Below, piece by piece: positions 39,773 to 49,584 of a stretch of 63,930 bases of DNA; within the stretch, counting starts at the first letter, position 1; each line of letters opens with the position of its first letter. Source of the stretch: an uncultured Lachnospiraceae bacterium (GTDB taxonomy: Bacteria > Bacillota > Clostridia > Lachnospirales > Lachnospiraceae); NCBI GenBank assembly GCA_945787565.1, contig CALZIE010000001.1, positions 1-63,930 on the forward strand. The letters are read 5' to 3'. The position numbers and the translations under genes were made by a program. The notes beneath the pieces were generated by a model. It was not told the DNA's origin and did not search any database. It saw only the letters and a program-made list of their open reading frames with translations.

Positions 39773-41755
39773 CTAGCAGATTTCAGCACCAGCTGGCATT
39801 GGCTTTTCTGGTGTCATAAGAGCAAGAACTCCGTTTTCATCTTCTGCACATAAAAGCATGCCTTCGGATACGATTCCTGCTAATGTTGCTGGCTTTAAGT
39901 TTACTAAAACCATAACTTTCTTACCAACCATCTCTTCTGCTGTGTAGTGAGCCTTAATACCAGACACAATCTGCTTTACGCTAGAGCCTACACGAACCTG
40001 GGAGCAAAGAAGTTTCTTGGATTTCTTTACTTCTTCACAAGCGATGATTTCACCAACCTGGAACTGTAATTTCGCAAAATCATCATATGTGATTTCTTCT
40101 TTTGCTTCAATATCAATTACATTTTCCTCAACCTTTACTTCTTCTGGTGTTTCATTTGCTTTATTCATTTCTTCCACTTTTGCTAAAACCTCCGCTAAAT
40201 CTAATCTTGCAAATAAAATTTCTGGCTTATCGGTTACCTTTGTTCCAGATACATATTTTCCGAATGTATCAAGATCTTCGATGGTACGCTCTGTCGCATT
40301 TAACTGTGCGAAAATCTTATCTGCTGTTTCTGGCATAAAGGATTTTAATAAGCTTGCGCCAATTGTAATACCCTCTACTAAGTTGTAAAGCACTGTTTCA
40401 AGACGTGCTTTCTTTTCTTCGTCTTTTGCTAATGCCCAAGGCATTGTCTCATCGATATATTTGTTGCATCTTTTGAATACAGTGAAGATTTCAGAGATTG
40501 CATCTGCTACTCTTAAGTGTGCCATCTTCGCAACCACTTTGTCTTTTGCACCTAATACAACTTTCTTTAAATCTTCATCTACTTCTTCAGAAACATTTGT
40601 ATTGTTTACAACACCACCAAAATATTTATTGGACATGGAGATTGTTCTGTTTACTAAGTTTCCAAGTGTATTAGCAAGATCGGAATTAAGTCGTTCCACC
40701 ATTAACTCCCAGCTGATTACGCCGTCGTTATCAAATGGCATTTCATGAAGCACGAAGTAACGAACTGCATCCACACCGAAGAAATCTACTAACGTATCTG
40801 CATATAATACATTTCCTCTGGATTTACTCATCTTTACGCCTTCGCCATCTTTTGCGCTGTTATCAGCCTGTAATAACCAAGGATGTCCGAATACCTGCTT
40901 TGGTAATGGAAGATCAAGAGCCATTAACATGATTGGCCAGTAAATGGTATGGAAACGTAAGATATCCTTACCGATTAAGTGTAAATCTGCAGGCCAGAAT
41001 TTGTTGAACTGTTCTGTGCTATTGCCATCGCAGTCATAACCGATACCTGTGATATAGTTGCTTAACGCATCAAGCCATACATATACAACATGTCTGTCAT
41101 CAAAATCAACTGGAATACCCCATTTGAAAGAAGTTCTGGATACACATAAATCCTGAAGACCTGGAAGAAGGAAATTGTTCATCATTTCATTCTTTCTGGA
41201 TTCTGGCTGAATGAATTCCGGATGGGTATTGATGTGCTCAATTAAACGGTCTGTGTACTTGCTTAACTTTAAGAAATATGCTTCTTCCTTTGCTGGCTCA
41301 CATGGTCTGCCACAGTCTGGACATTTTCCGTCTACTAACTGAGATGCGGTAAAGAAAGATTCACAAGGAGTACAGTACATGCCTTCATATTCGCCCTTGT
41401 AGATATCACCCTGTTCATATAATTTCTTAAAGATCTTCTGAACCTGTTTTTCATGATCTTCATCGGTTGTACGGATGAATTTATCATAAGAAGTATTCAT
41501 TAAATCCCAGATATCTTTAATGGTTCCTGCTACACCGTCTACAAACTGCTTTGGTGTAACACCAGCTTCTGCTGCCTTTAATTCGATTTTCTGACCATGT
41601 TCGTCAGTTCCTGTCTGGAAGAATACCTCATATCCTTCGAAACGTTTAAATCTTGCAATACTATCTGCTAATACAACTTCATAGGTATTACCGATATGAG
41701 GCTTGCCTGATGTATAAGCAATCGCGGTTGTCATATAAAATGGTTTTTTGCTCAT
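39773..41755 (-). CDS. metG: methionine--tRNA ligase
   Basis: HIGN and KMSKS motifs, zinc knuckle, C-terminal tRNA-binding OB domain. Confidence 0.97.
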   Translation of the reverse strand: MSKKPFYMTTAIAYTSGKPHIGNTYEVVLADSIARFKRFEGYEVFFQTGTDEHGQKIELKAAEAGVTPKQFVDGVAGTIKDIWDLMNTSYDKFIRTTDEDHEKQVQKIFKKLYEQGDIYKGEYEGMYCTPCESFFTASQLVDGKCPDCGRPCEPAKEEAYFLKLSKYTDRLIEHINTHPEFIQPESRKNEMMNNFLLPGLQDLCVSRTSFKWGIPVDFDDRHVVYVWLDALSNYITGIGYDCDGNSTEQFNKFWPADLHLIGKDILRFHTIYWPIMLMALDLPLPKQVFGHPWLLQADNSAKDGEGVKMSKSRGNVLYADTLVDFFGVDAVRYFVLHEMPFDNDGVISWELMVERLNSDLANTLGNLVNRTISMSNKYFGGVVNNTNVSEEVDEDLKKVVLGAKDKVVAKMAHLRVADAISEIFTVFKRCNKYIDETMPWALAKDEEKKARLETVLYNLVEGITIGASLLKSFMPETADKIFAQLNATERTIEDLDTFGKYVSGTKVTDKPEILFARLDLAEVLAKVEEMNKANETPEEVKVEENVIDIEAKEEITYDDFAKLQFQVGEIIACEEVKKSKKLLCSQVRVGSSVKQIVSGIKAHYTAEEMVGKKVMVLVNLKPATLAGIVSEGMLLCAEDENGVLALMTPEKPMPAGAEIC

Positions 41756-41877
41756 TTTAACTCCTCCTGAAAATTATATAAATAAAGAATAGATTCTCCC
41801 GAAAAACTTCGATCTTCCTATTCTAAAATCCGAAAAACAAAGTGGCTTTGCAAATCATAAAATAATTGCCCATAAAT

Positions 41878-42145
41878 AAAAAAAATCCCGTCTTATTATA
41901 AAGACGAGAACATTCCCGTGGTACCACTTTAATTCATTCTGCAACATGCAGAACCTTACTGGTTGCGTGCGAAATGCATTACAACCTGTCGCTTTAACGG
42001 GCGCTCCCGGCACAGCCTAAAGGATTCTTCCATTCGGCCATGCAGCTCCAAGACCATCTTCAATACGGTCGCCATTGCCTTTTCTCAGCATACCAAAGGC
42101 TCTCTGTGAATACGTTCCGATCTACTCTTCTCTTCCCTGCTTTTG
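41878..42145 (-). ncRNA. T-box riboswitch with Met (AUG) specifier
   Basis: AGTA, AGAGA and GCTGA boxes. Specifier GAAG-ATG (42057-42055). T-box AAAGTGGTACCACGG (~41930-41916). Terminator CTCGTCTT/AAGACGGG plus U-tract. Confidence 0.92.
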
Positions 42146-42163
42146 TCTATTAAACTGACTAAA

Positions 42164-42192
42164 AGTATAACATGCCTGCATTTTTTTGTCAA
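42164..42192 (-). promoter_or_regulatory. sigma-A promoter of the metG leader
   Basis: TTGACA, 17 bp, TATACT with extended TG. Confidence 0.8.
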
Positions 42193-42384
42193 AGATATTT
42201 TAACCAAAAAACCCTGTTTTTATGCCTGTTTGAGCCTTTTTATCGCTCTCACATTCCAATTGCAATGAAGGCTTTTAAGATTTAAGATAGCATGCCTTTT
42301 ATACTGTCTTTGCTGACTTCTTCCTCTTTTATCCCACCACTAATTCATCTATAAATCTATAACTTAGGATAAAATGAGAGATAA

Positions 42385-42606
42385 ATAAAATAAGATAGGA
42401 ATAACGTACATCCTTATCGCAGCATTTAGATCAAAGCACATTCCTTAGGCTGCCGTTACAACCTAAATCCCGTTCTGCTTCTCTTCTTCCTGCCATCGAG
42501 CACATGGTGCAGATGCAAGTTACTTCTATCTTACTTTACTATAGTTTTTGCCCTAAAACGTTCCCCAACGCTTCATCCTCCGGACAATACCTTCTCGATA
42601 TCGACC
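42385..42606 (-). ncRNA. candidate structured ncRNA of unassigned family
   Basis: Lies downstream of a consensus promoter. 5' hairpin plus ~150-nt rod. 9 G-U versus 1 A-C pair on the minus strand. No ORF with an RBS. Confidence 0.55.
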
Positions 42607-42612
42607 AAATAC

Positions 42613-42641
42613 AGAATAGCATTTTTTGTATAATATGTCAA
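42613..42641 (-). promoter_or_regulatory. sigma-A promoter with no downstream protein gene
   Basis: TTGACA, 17 bp, TATTCT with extended TG. Confidence 0.7.
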
Positions 42642-42741
42642 TACTCTTCTTGATTCTTTCTATCATTTTGGTAATATTGACCTATTTTTGACGAATCATT
42701 TTCGTAAACGGGATAAAATATCCCAATTCTTGCTTTTTCTT

Positions 42742-44253
42742 CTATTCTCTTTTCTCTTCGTTGTTGTATTCCTTCTCTTCTTTCTTTTCTTTTCCCTTTT
42801 CCTCTTTGTATTCCTTTCCTTCTTTCTTTTCCTCTTCCTCTGTTTCCTGGCATCCACATACGAATATTCTTCCGCTTACAGCCCCAAGCTGTATCTCTGC
42901 CATCTGATCCTTTACCATAATCTTCTCTTTGGTCTGCACATCCTTTATGCAGGCCACTCCATATGGAATACGAACCCGAATCACTGCTTCTTTCTCATCA
43001 TTATTAGCAGCAACAACGATTGTCTGCTTCTCTAAACTCCTTGCAAATGCATACTGCCTATTGGTTAACATCAGTTCCTGATAAGTGCCTTTCGTCAGTG
43101 CTTCATACTGCCCTTTTATTGCTCCGAGCATCACAAGATATGGATAGATTCCCTCGCTCTTTTTCTCCTCCATATCTTTTAGATCAAGAGCCGGTCGTAT
43201 CGGTTCATCTGAACCGTTCACTTTCTTTCCTTCCATGCCAAATTCCCCGCCATAATAAATGGACGGTATTCCAGGAAGGGTATATGCAAGCAGATAGACA
43301 TCCTTGATATGATCCTTATTGGTAAGCTTGCTTGCCAGACGGTCCACATCGTGATTTTCTGTAAATGTATACAGATACTGTCCTCTTGCAAGACCTCCAT
43401 TTGGATCAAATAAGCGTTTCACGGTATGGGCAATTTCAAAATAATTATGGTCATTATGACCGGAATAAAGTCCTTTATGAAGCTCATAATCAGTAACCGA
43501 ATGAAGCATCCCGTCATTGGCATATCTTCCATAATCTCCATGAATGACTTCCCCCATTAGCCAGAACTCTTCCTTCATGGTCTTTGTCTCACTCCGAAGC
43601 CTTCTCATGAAATCAAAATCTAATACATCGGCACAATCTAAGCGGATGCCATCAATCTCAAACTCTGAAATCCAGTAACGAACTACATCCATCAGGTAAT
43701 CGCATACTGCTGGATTCTTAAGATTGAGTCTTGGAAGGATTCGATATCCATGCCAGGATTCATAAGAAAATCCATCATGAAACTCCGTATCTCCACCAAA
43801 ATTAATACCACAATACCAGTTAATATATTGAGAATTTCCTTTTTTCTCTCTGATATCCTGAAAAGCAAAGAATTCCCTTCCGGTATGATTAAATACCCCA
43901 TCTACAACCACTTTGATTCCTTTGTTATGACATTCGGATACAAAAGCTTTAAAATCTTCATTATCTCCTAATCTTCGATCCACCATCTTATAATCGGTTG
44001 TCTCATATCCGTGTCCTGTTGATTCAAATAATGGTCCGATATATAACGCTGTGACTGACAATTCCTTCATATGAGGAATATATTCCATCAGACGGTCAAA
44101 GCGATGCACCACTTCTTTTTTTTCATTGGTTGGTTCTGCTCCACACAGACCAAGAGGATAGATATGATAAAAAACGGCACGGTTATACCATGGGCACTTC
44201 TCTTTCCATTCCTCATTTGCAGCACATACAGATTCCAGTTTTTTTTCTGTCAT
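42742..44253 (-). CDS. GH13 alpha-amylase family (cyclomaltodextrinase/neopullulanase-like, cytoplasmic)
   Basis: DGVFNH, GIRLDCA, GEVIH and ENHD catalytic motifs. Start after GGAGG. Confidence 0.9.
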   Translation of the reverse strand: MTEKKLESVCAANEEWKEKCPWYNRAVFYHIYPLGLCGAEPTNEKKEVVHRFDRLMEYIPHMKELSVTALYIGPLFESTGHGYETTDYKMVDRRLGDNEDFKAFVSECHNKGIKVVVDGVFNHTGREFFAFQDIREKKGNSQYINWYCGINFGGDTEFHDGFSYESWHGYRILPRLNLKNPAVCDYLMDVVRYWISEFEIDGIRLDCADVLDFDFMRRLRSETKTMKEEFWLMGEVIHGDYGRYANDGMLHSVTDYELHKGLYSGHNDHNYFEIAHTVKRLFDPNGGLARGQYLYTFTENHDVDRLASKLTNKDHIKDVYLLAYTLPGIPSIYYGGEFGMEGKKVNGSDEPIRPALDLKDMEEKKSEGIYPYLVMLGAIKGQYEALTKGTYQELMLTNRQYAFARSLEKQTIVVAANNDEKEAVIRVRIPYGVACIKDVQTKEKIMVKDQMAEIQLGAVSGRIFVCGCQETEEEEKKEGKEYKEEKGKEKKEEKEYNNEEKRE

Positions 44254-44270
44254 AATAACGCCTCCATTCC

Positions 44271-44321
44271 AAAAAAAGCTCCTAATAACCAATAAAAATA
44301 CTTTTATCCGATATTAGGAGC
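44271..44321 (-). terminator. intrinsic terminator after the M18 aminopeptidase
   Basis: GCTCCTAATA/TATTAGGAGC stem followed by a U-run on the minus strand. Confidence 0.7.
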
Positions 44322-44410
44322 GCTATCCGCATTGTTTTTGTTATGCAGCGTATCTTATATTCCCGAATGGGATTTTCTTTTTGTTTTTTAGGGCCCAACA
44401 AAGTGACTTC

Positions 44411-45709
44411 TTATGCTTCTAAAAAGAATGCAGCCACCATCTTTTCAAGATGAACCTGATCTTCGATTCCCATCATCTCTCTTGCAGAATGCATTGCAAG
44501 AAGGCCTACACCCATATCGATTGTCTTCATTGGGAGCCAGGATGAGATGATTGGTCCTAGTGTTCCGCCACCTGTTACATCCGAGTTATTCACAAACTTC
44601 TTGTATTTCACGCCTGCTTTTTCACAAAGCTGCTGCATACAAGCAACTGCTTCTGTATCAAAGGTATATCTCTGATTGCTGTTGATCTTAAATACAACGC
44701 CATCATTCATTAAAGAATGGTTGACAGGATCATATTTATCTGTCTTATTTGGATGAAGGGCATGTGCTACATCCACAGATAGTAAGAAACTACGTAATAC
44801 TGCTTCATTTAACTGCATCTTGTCAAATCCAAGAGCACCATAGATTTTTTCAAGAAGCATGGTAAGAAGAGCTGAATCCGCACCCTGTTTTGTTCCGCTT
44901 CCGATTTCTTCATTATCATATAACGCAATTACGTTAATTCCATCTTCGCGCTCTCCTGCAATAATACCTTTAACAAGTGCTAAACAGGATGTCAGATTAT
45001 CTAATCTTGGACAAGAGATGAATTCTTCATTCATTCCAAGCAGGCAACCCTCTTCTGCATTATATACATAAAGATCAAAATCAAGAATCTCTTCTTTTTC
45101 AACTCCAAGCTCTTTTGCTAAAAATGTGATAAAGTAATCCGATGCATTCAGGGTATCATTTAACATGCCCATCAGTGGAAGCATATCAGACTGTTTCTTA
45201 AGCTCAATGCCTTTATTCACCTCACGGTTCATATGAATCGCAAGATTTGGAATGGTTAAGAATGGTTTCTTAACATCGATCAGACGCATCTCTGGCTTAA
45301 AGATATCGTTGCTTTTTAATGCCACACGACCTGCAACGGATAATGGACGGTCTAACCAGGTATTTAAGATTGGTCCGCCATAAATCTCTGTATTCACACG
45401 AAGATAGCCCTTCTGTGTCAGTTCTGCAGATGGCTTTACATGAAGGCAAGGATGATCGGTATGTGCTGCTGCCATATGAAAATTCTGATATTCTGTCACG
45501 TTCTTTCCTACTGTAAATGCAAATACCGTAGTTCCATAAGGCATAACATAATATTTTCCACCTTTTTCTATTGAAAAAGAAGTTCTCATATCCAGTTCCT
45601 TAAAGCCCGCTTCCTCTAGCATTCTAACTGATTCTTTCACTGCATGAAACGGAGAAGTAGCTTCTTTGATATATGCTAATAACTGATTCGCTGTTCTCTT
45701 GCTGTCCAT
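44411..45709 (-). CDS. M18-family aminopeptidase
   Basis: AHTD, RLDN, DNEEIGS, DVAHA and MHSARE motifs. Confidence 0.92.
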   Translation of the reverse strand: MDSKRTANQLLAYIKEATSPFHAVKESVRMLEEAGFKELDMRTSFSIEKGGKYYVMPYGTTVFAFTVGKNVTEYQNFHMAAAHTDHPCLHVKPSAELTQKGYLRVNTEIYGGPILNTWLDRPLSVAGRVALKSNDIFKPEMRLIDVKKPFLTIPNLAIHMNREVNKGIELKKQSDMLPLMGMLNDTLNASDYFITFLAKELGVEKEEILDFDLYVYNAEEGCLLGMNEEFISCPRLDNLTSCLALVKGIIAGEREDGINVIALYDNEEIGSGTKQGADSALLTMLLEKIYGALGFDKMQLNEAVLRSFLLSVDVAHALHPNKTDKYDPVNHSLMNDGVVFKINSNQRYTFDTEAVACMQQLCEKAGVKYKKFVNNSDVTGGGTLGPIISSWLPMKTIDMGVGLLAMHSAREMMGIEDQVHLEKMVAAFFLEA

Positions 45710-45864
45710 TCTATATCCTCCATGATTCGTATAATTCGTCATAAGATTTAACTTCGCTATAACTATTTTATGATGACTTAAGTATAATCAACCGTTGTCT
45801 TCAAGTCAATATCAGGAAAATAAGAACTCGTCTGTTTTCCCGCCTTCTTCTGCTTTTTAATAAC

Positions 45865-46812
45865 TTATTTTACACCGATACACAGATAGGAAAGATATGC
45901 GACATAAATACCGATACATAAAATACCCTGCCATTTATAAAACTTTTCCTTTAAAATAGCGGGGATGACAGCAATGCATGCTATGAGAAGACAGACTGGC
46001 AAATCGACCTTAAGAGCCTGTGCTTCTACCGGAATACTTCCCTTTGATATGATTGTACATATTGGTAAAATCAAAGCGGTATCAATAATATTCGCACCTA
46101 CAATGTTCCCCACTGATATGCTGGATTCCTTTTTTACAATAGCTGTGATTGCCGTCACCAGTTCTGGAAGTGATGTTCCAATTGCAATGGCCGTCAGTCC
46201 AATGATCTTTTCCGGTATACCAATCTGTAATGCGATATCACTGCCGTTATTCACAAGCAGATTAGAACCAATTACAATACCCGCAGTCCCAACGATAAAC
46301 TTAAAGATATTAATACCAGCCTCCCTTTTGGTAATGGTTTTTCGCTCTAATGCATGTAGCTCTGCTCTTTTTGAAGAACGGAGATTTTCATAAATAAAGC
46401 ATGCGAAGATAGCAAGCAAAACAAGGCTTTTCACAACCGTCAGTTTTCCCGAAAAGCTTAAAATCCATAAGGATGCAATGGCAACGATTAAAAGAATTCC
46501 TTTCGGCATAAAATCTTTTCTTTTTACGATCATAGGCATAAACAAGATTCCAATTGCCATAATAAGACCGGTATTCACAGTTACAGAACCGACGGCATTT
46601 CCAATTGCCATATCTACCTTTCCCTGTGCGGCAGCAAGACTAGAAACAAAGATTTCAGGCAATGTGGTTGCAAGGCTCACTACCGTGGCTCCGATTACAA
46701 ACTTCGGAATGCCCGACACTTCCGCCATCCATACCGCTGCATCCAAAAAGAAATCCCCACCTTTTACAATCAGAATTACTCCAATAATAAATCCAATTAC
46801 TAACCATGCCAT
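45865..46812 (-). CDS. calcium/sodium antiporter (CaCA, YrbG-like)
   Basis: Alpha repeats ATTLPE and GTSLPE, plus GNAVGS and GNIVGAN. Confidence 0.9.
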   Translation of the reverse strand: MAWLVIGFIIGVILIVKGGDFFLDAAVWMAEVSGIPKFVIGATVVSLATTLPEIFVSSLAAAQGKVDMAIGNAVGSVTVNTGLIMAIGILFMPMIVKRKDFMPKGILLIVAIASLWILSFSGKLTVVKSLVLLAIFACFIYENLRSSKRAELHALERKTITKREAGINIFKFIVGTAGIVIGSNLLVNNGSDIALQIGIPEKIIGLTAIAIGTSLPELVTAITAIVKKESSISVGNIVGANIIDTALILPICTIISKGSIPVEAQALKVDLPVCLLIACIAVIPAILKEKFYKWQGILCIGIYVAYLSYLCIGVK

Positions 46813-46914
46813 ACTTTTCTTCTCCTTTTCTCTTATTTTTTATTCCTGTATCATCAGCAAATTCATTCTGGGTCTCTTCTATGTAATCAGCTATTCTGAA
46901 TTTGATCCTTAAAA

Positions 46915-47038
46915 ATAAAAAAACTTTTAGCATGACAAAAATGTCTGCTAAAAGTCTCGTTCCTCCATGCAACAAAGGTGTATGCCCACTGATCGCTCAG
47001 GGTTATGTTGAGCACACATAATAACTACTCCCCTTTAA
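46915..47038 (-). ncRNA. yybP-ykoY (Mn2+) riboswitch with terminator
   Basis: AAGGGGAGTAG...CTCAACAT...ACGAGAC hallmarks, followed by the ACTTTTAGCA/TGCTAAAAGT terminator plus U-tract. Confidence 0.8.
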
Positions 47039-47045
47039 CACCTTT

Positions 47046-47074
47046 AAAGTATCACTTTTGGTTATATTTGTCAA
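47046..47074 (-). promoter_or_regulatory. sigma-A promoter of the riboswitch leader
   Basis: TTGACA, 17 bp, TACTTT with extended TG. Confidence 0.6.
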
Positions 47075-47239
47075 TTGTAAGCTACATTGTTTTAACTTTT
47101 TATGATAAGATTCTACTCTTCTATCTTTTTCATACGGCACATTTTTTAGATATGCTTTTCTTCCTGTCTGAATATAGTATAATGGAATCAGCCATTGCCT
47201 GTCCTTTGCTTCAGGCACATTATAATAGATGGAGAGAAA

Positions 47240-47992
47240 ATGATGAAGGATCAGTTATTTAAAAATGCATGCGAAAAAATCATAGATCAGGAAAAGTGTT
47301 CAAACGGCATTGGCACACTAAGCGAAAAGACCATTCATGCGGTCCTAAAGCATTACTGCTGCGAGGATGAATCCTGTCATGAGAAAAAAGTCTCCTCTTA
47401 TGTAGCGGATATTTTAATAGGCGATGAAATCATAGAAATACAGACAAGAAACTTTAATACCATGCGAAAAAAACTGGAGGCTTTCCTTCCTGACCATCAG
47501 GTGACCATCGTCTATCCCGTTGTTCATACAAAATGGCTTCGATGGATCAATGAAGAAACCGGTGAAATCAGCGCCCCTAGAAAATCTCCGAAAACCGGAT
47601 CTTTTTACGAGATTTTTCGAGAACTTTATCGGATCAAGCCATATTTAAAGCATCCAAACCTGCATTTTAAGATTGTACGCCTCAACGTAGAAGAATACCG
47701 TATGTTAAATGGCTGGAGTCACGATAAAAAGCGAGGTTCCACCAGAAACGACGGGATTCCCGTCGGTTATGTGGACGAGCTCTGTATCGACAGCGCCTGT
47801 GATTATCAAAAGCTGCTTCCAGATGACCTTCCAGTTCCATTTACTACAAAAGACTACAAAAAGTCCTCTCGCCTTTCTCAGGGACACGCTGTTACTGCCC
47901 TAAATATTCTGTACTATATGGGAGTGGTAGAACGTGTCGGAAAACAAGGGAATGCATTTTTATATAAGAGAATAGAAGAAAAAGAAGATTAA
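47240..47992 (+). CDS. hypothetical protein, PD-(D/E)XK nuclease-like with C-terminal winged helix
   Basis: H..LK...E...VADI...IEIQT motif. Terminal wHTH-like pattern. Confidence 0.6.
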   Translation: MMKDQLFKNACEKIIDQEKCSNGIGTLSEKTIHAVLKHYCCEDESCHEKKVSSYVADILIGDEIIEIQTRNFNTMRKKLEAFLPDHQVTIVYPVVHTKWLRWINEETGEISAPRKSPKTGSFYEIFRELYRIKPYLKHPNLHFKIVRLNVEEYRMLNGWSHDKKRGSTRNDGIPVGYVDELCIDSACDYQKLLPDDLPVPFTTKDYKKSSRLSQGHAVTALNILYYMGVVERVGKQGNAFLYKRIEEKED

Positions 47993-48034
47993 AAAAAGAG
48001 ACAGGCCCGAAAAATATCGGATTCTGTCTCTTTT
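47991..48034. terminator. bidirectional terminator
   Basis: AAAAGAGACAG...CTGTCTCTTTT. Confidence 0.7.
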
Positions 48035-48041
48035 ATATGTT

Positions 48042-49208
48042 TTATGCAATTTCTCCTGCCTTCTTAAGAGCCATCTTTGTGATAACCGGGCCGGTTAATT
48101 CATAGATTACCGTACCGCATAAGATAATGGCACGGATGGTCTTTCCGTATTCCGGAACAACCGTCATTGCTGTACTTGCAAGACCGATTGCGACACCAGC
48201 TTGCGGAATTAAGGTATAACCAAGATATTTCTGTACAACTTTCGGTGCTTTTGAAATCTTTGCACCAAATAATGCCCCCAGTACCTTTCCAACAACTCGG
48301 AATACTACATAAAGAACACCAATCACACCTACCGTAGGCAGGATTCTGATATCAAGCTCTGCTCCAGATAAGAAGAAGAACAGCATAAAGATTGGTGGTG
48401 TAATACGATCCGCCTGCTCAAATACTTCCTCAGATGCCTTTGAGGTATTCACAAGAACAGCACTCATGGCCATACATGCAAGAAGGGAAGACCAGCCTAA
48501 ATAGTCACAAATCCCAAGACATAAAAAGATCATAGCATATGTAATTGCCAGACGATTTCCTCGTCCTGAATAAAAACGTACTAAAAGCTTGAATATAAGT
48601 CCAAATGCTGCACCAATTAACAGTGCGCCGAGGATTTCCACAATTGGTTCCATAATTGTTGTAAATAAAGAAACCTGTTCAGTGGATGTAATTGCCTTTG
48701 CCACTGCAACCGATAAGCCAAAGCTCATCAGGGCAACTGCATCATCAATCGCTACGACTGGAAGAAGGGTATCCGTTACTGGTCCTTTTGCTTTATACTG
48801 CTTTACGACCATTAAAGTAGCTGCCGGTGCAGTTGCTGCTGCGATTGCTCCAAGCACAATAGAGAATGCCACATCATGTCCAGTTGCAATTAATACAAGA
48901 TCCACTACAAATACAGCTCCAAGTCCTTCAGTGATTGCAATGACAATCGGCGCTTTTCCGACTTTTTTCAAATAAGATAATTTAAATTCTGCACCAATCG
49001 AGAATGCAATAAATCCAAGCGCTACTTCCGGTATGATCGAAAACGCTTCTACTACACTAGCTGGAATCAGCTTTAAACAATATGGTCCTGCTAAAAGTCC
49101 CATAATAATATATCCGGTTACATTTGGGAGTTTTACCTGTTTTACGATTTTTCCTGCAATCAGTGCCAGTAATAGGGCAACTGCCAGGTACATATAAGTC
49201 TCAAACAT
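48042..49208 (-). CDS. cation:proton antiporter (Na_H_Exchanger/CPA2-like)
   Basis: LPNVTGY, ATAPAAT, AIDD and PQAGVAIGL motifs. Multi-TM. Confidence 0.88.
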   Translation of the reverse strand: MFETYMYLAVALLLALIAGKIVKQVKLPNVTGYIIMGLLAGPYCLKLIPASVVEAFSIIPEVALGFIAFSIGAEFKLSYLKKVGKAPIVIAITEGLGAVFVVDLVLIATGHDVAFSIVLGAIAAATAPAATLMVVKQYKAKGPVTDTLLPVVAIDDAVALMSFGLSVAVAKAITSTEQVSLFTTIMEPIVEILGALLIGAAFGLIFKLLVRFYSGRGNRLAITYAMIFLCLGICDYLGWSSLLACMAMSAVLVNTSKASEEVFEQADRITPPIFMLFFFLSGAELDIRILPTVGVIGVLYVVFRVVGKVLGALFGAKISKAPKVVQKYLGYTLIPQAGVAIGLASTAMTVVPEYGKTIRAIILCGTVIYELTGPVITKMALKKAGEIA

Positions 49209-49210
49209 AA

Positions 49211-49549
49211 TTACTCACCAAGCCCTTCCACATAGGTAATCGGCACAGAAAACATAATTCCCGTATTTGGTTCTTTTAAATCTCCGATCACTTCTTTAAT
49301 GATGGCTCTTGTTGTTACTGCCTGTTCGTCTTTTAGTACAAACATCATCACTTCGCTGACTTCCTTCTCTTCATCCTTAAGAATTCGTCTTAACACTCCG
49401 AACATTGGAAGATCTTCCATATTCACAAGAGCTTCTGCCATACCTCGTCCTTCTAAGATGGTAGCTCCTCTTACTCCGCTTTCCGCTAATCTCTTTAATA
49501 GTTCATCCATTAATTCGACTTTTTTCAATATTAAAATCAATAACTGCAT
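49211..49549 (-). CDS. PII-like (GlnB-fold) protein
   Basis: GVRGATILEGRGM and PNTGIMFSVP motifs. Start after GGAGG. Confidence 0.7.
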   Translation of the reverse strand: MQLLILILKKVELMDELLKRLAESGVRGATILEGRGMAEALVNMEDLPMFGVLRRILKDEEKEVSEVMMFVLKDEQAVTTRAIIKEVIGDLKEPNTGIMFSVPITYVEGLGE

Positions 49550-49584
49550 ATAGAATTCCTCCATCTATTATGACATCGTGACAT

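Noticed and set aside
42553-42576. MKRWGTF mini-ORF inside the candidate ncRNA
   Set aside because: GGAGG abuts the ATG with zero spacing, and the ORF lies inside a stem.
42638-43035. ORFs 42638-42859 (-) and 42688-43035 (+)
   Set aside because: They are alternative frames of the low-complexity GH13 tail.
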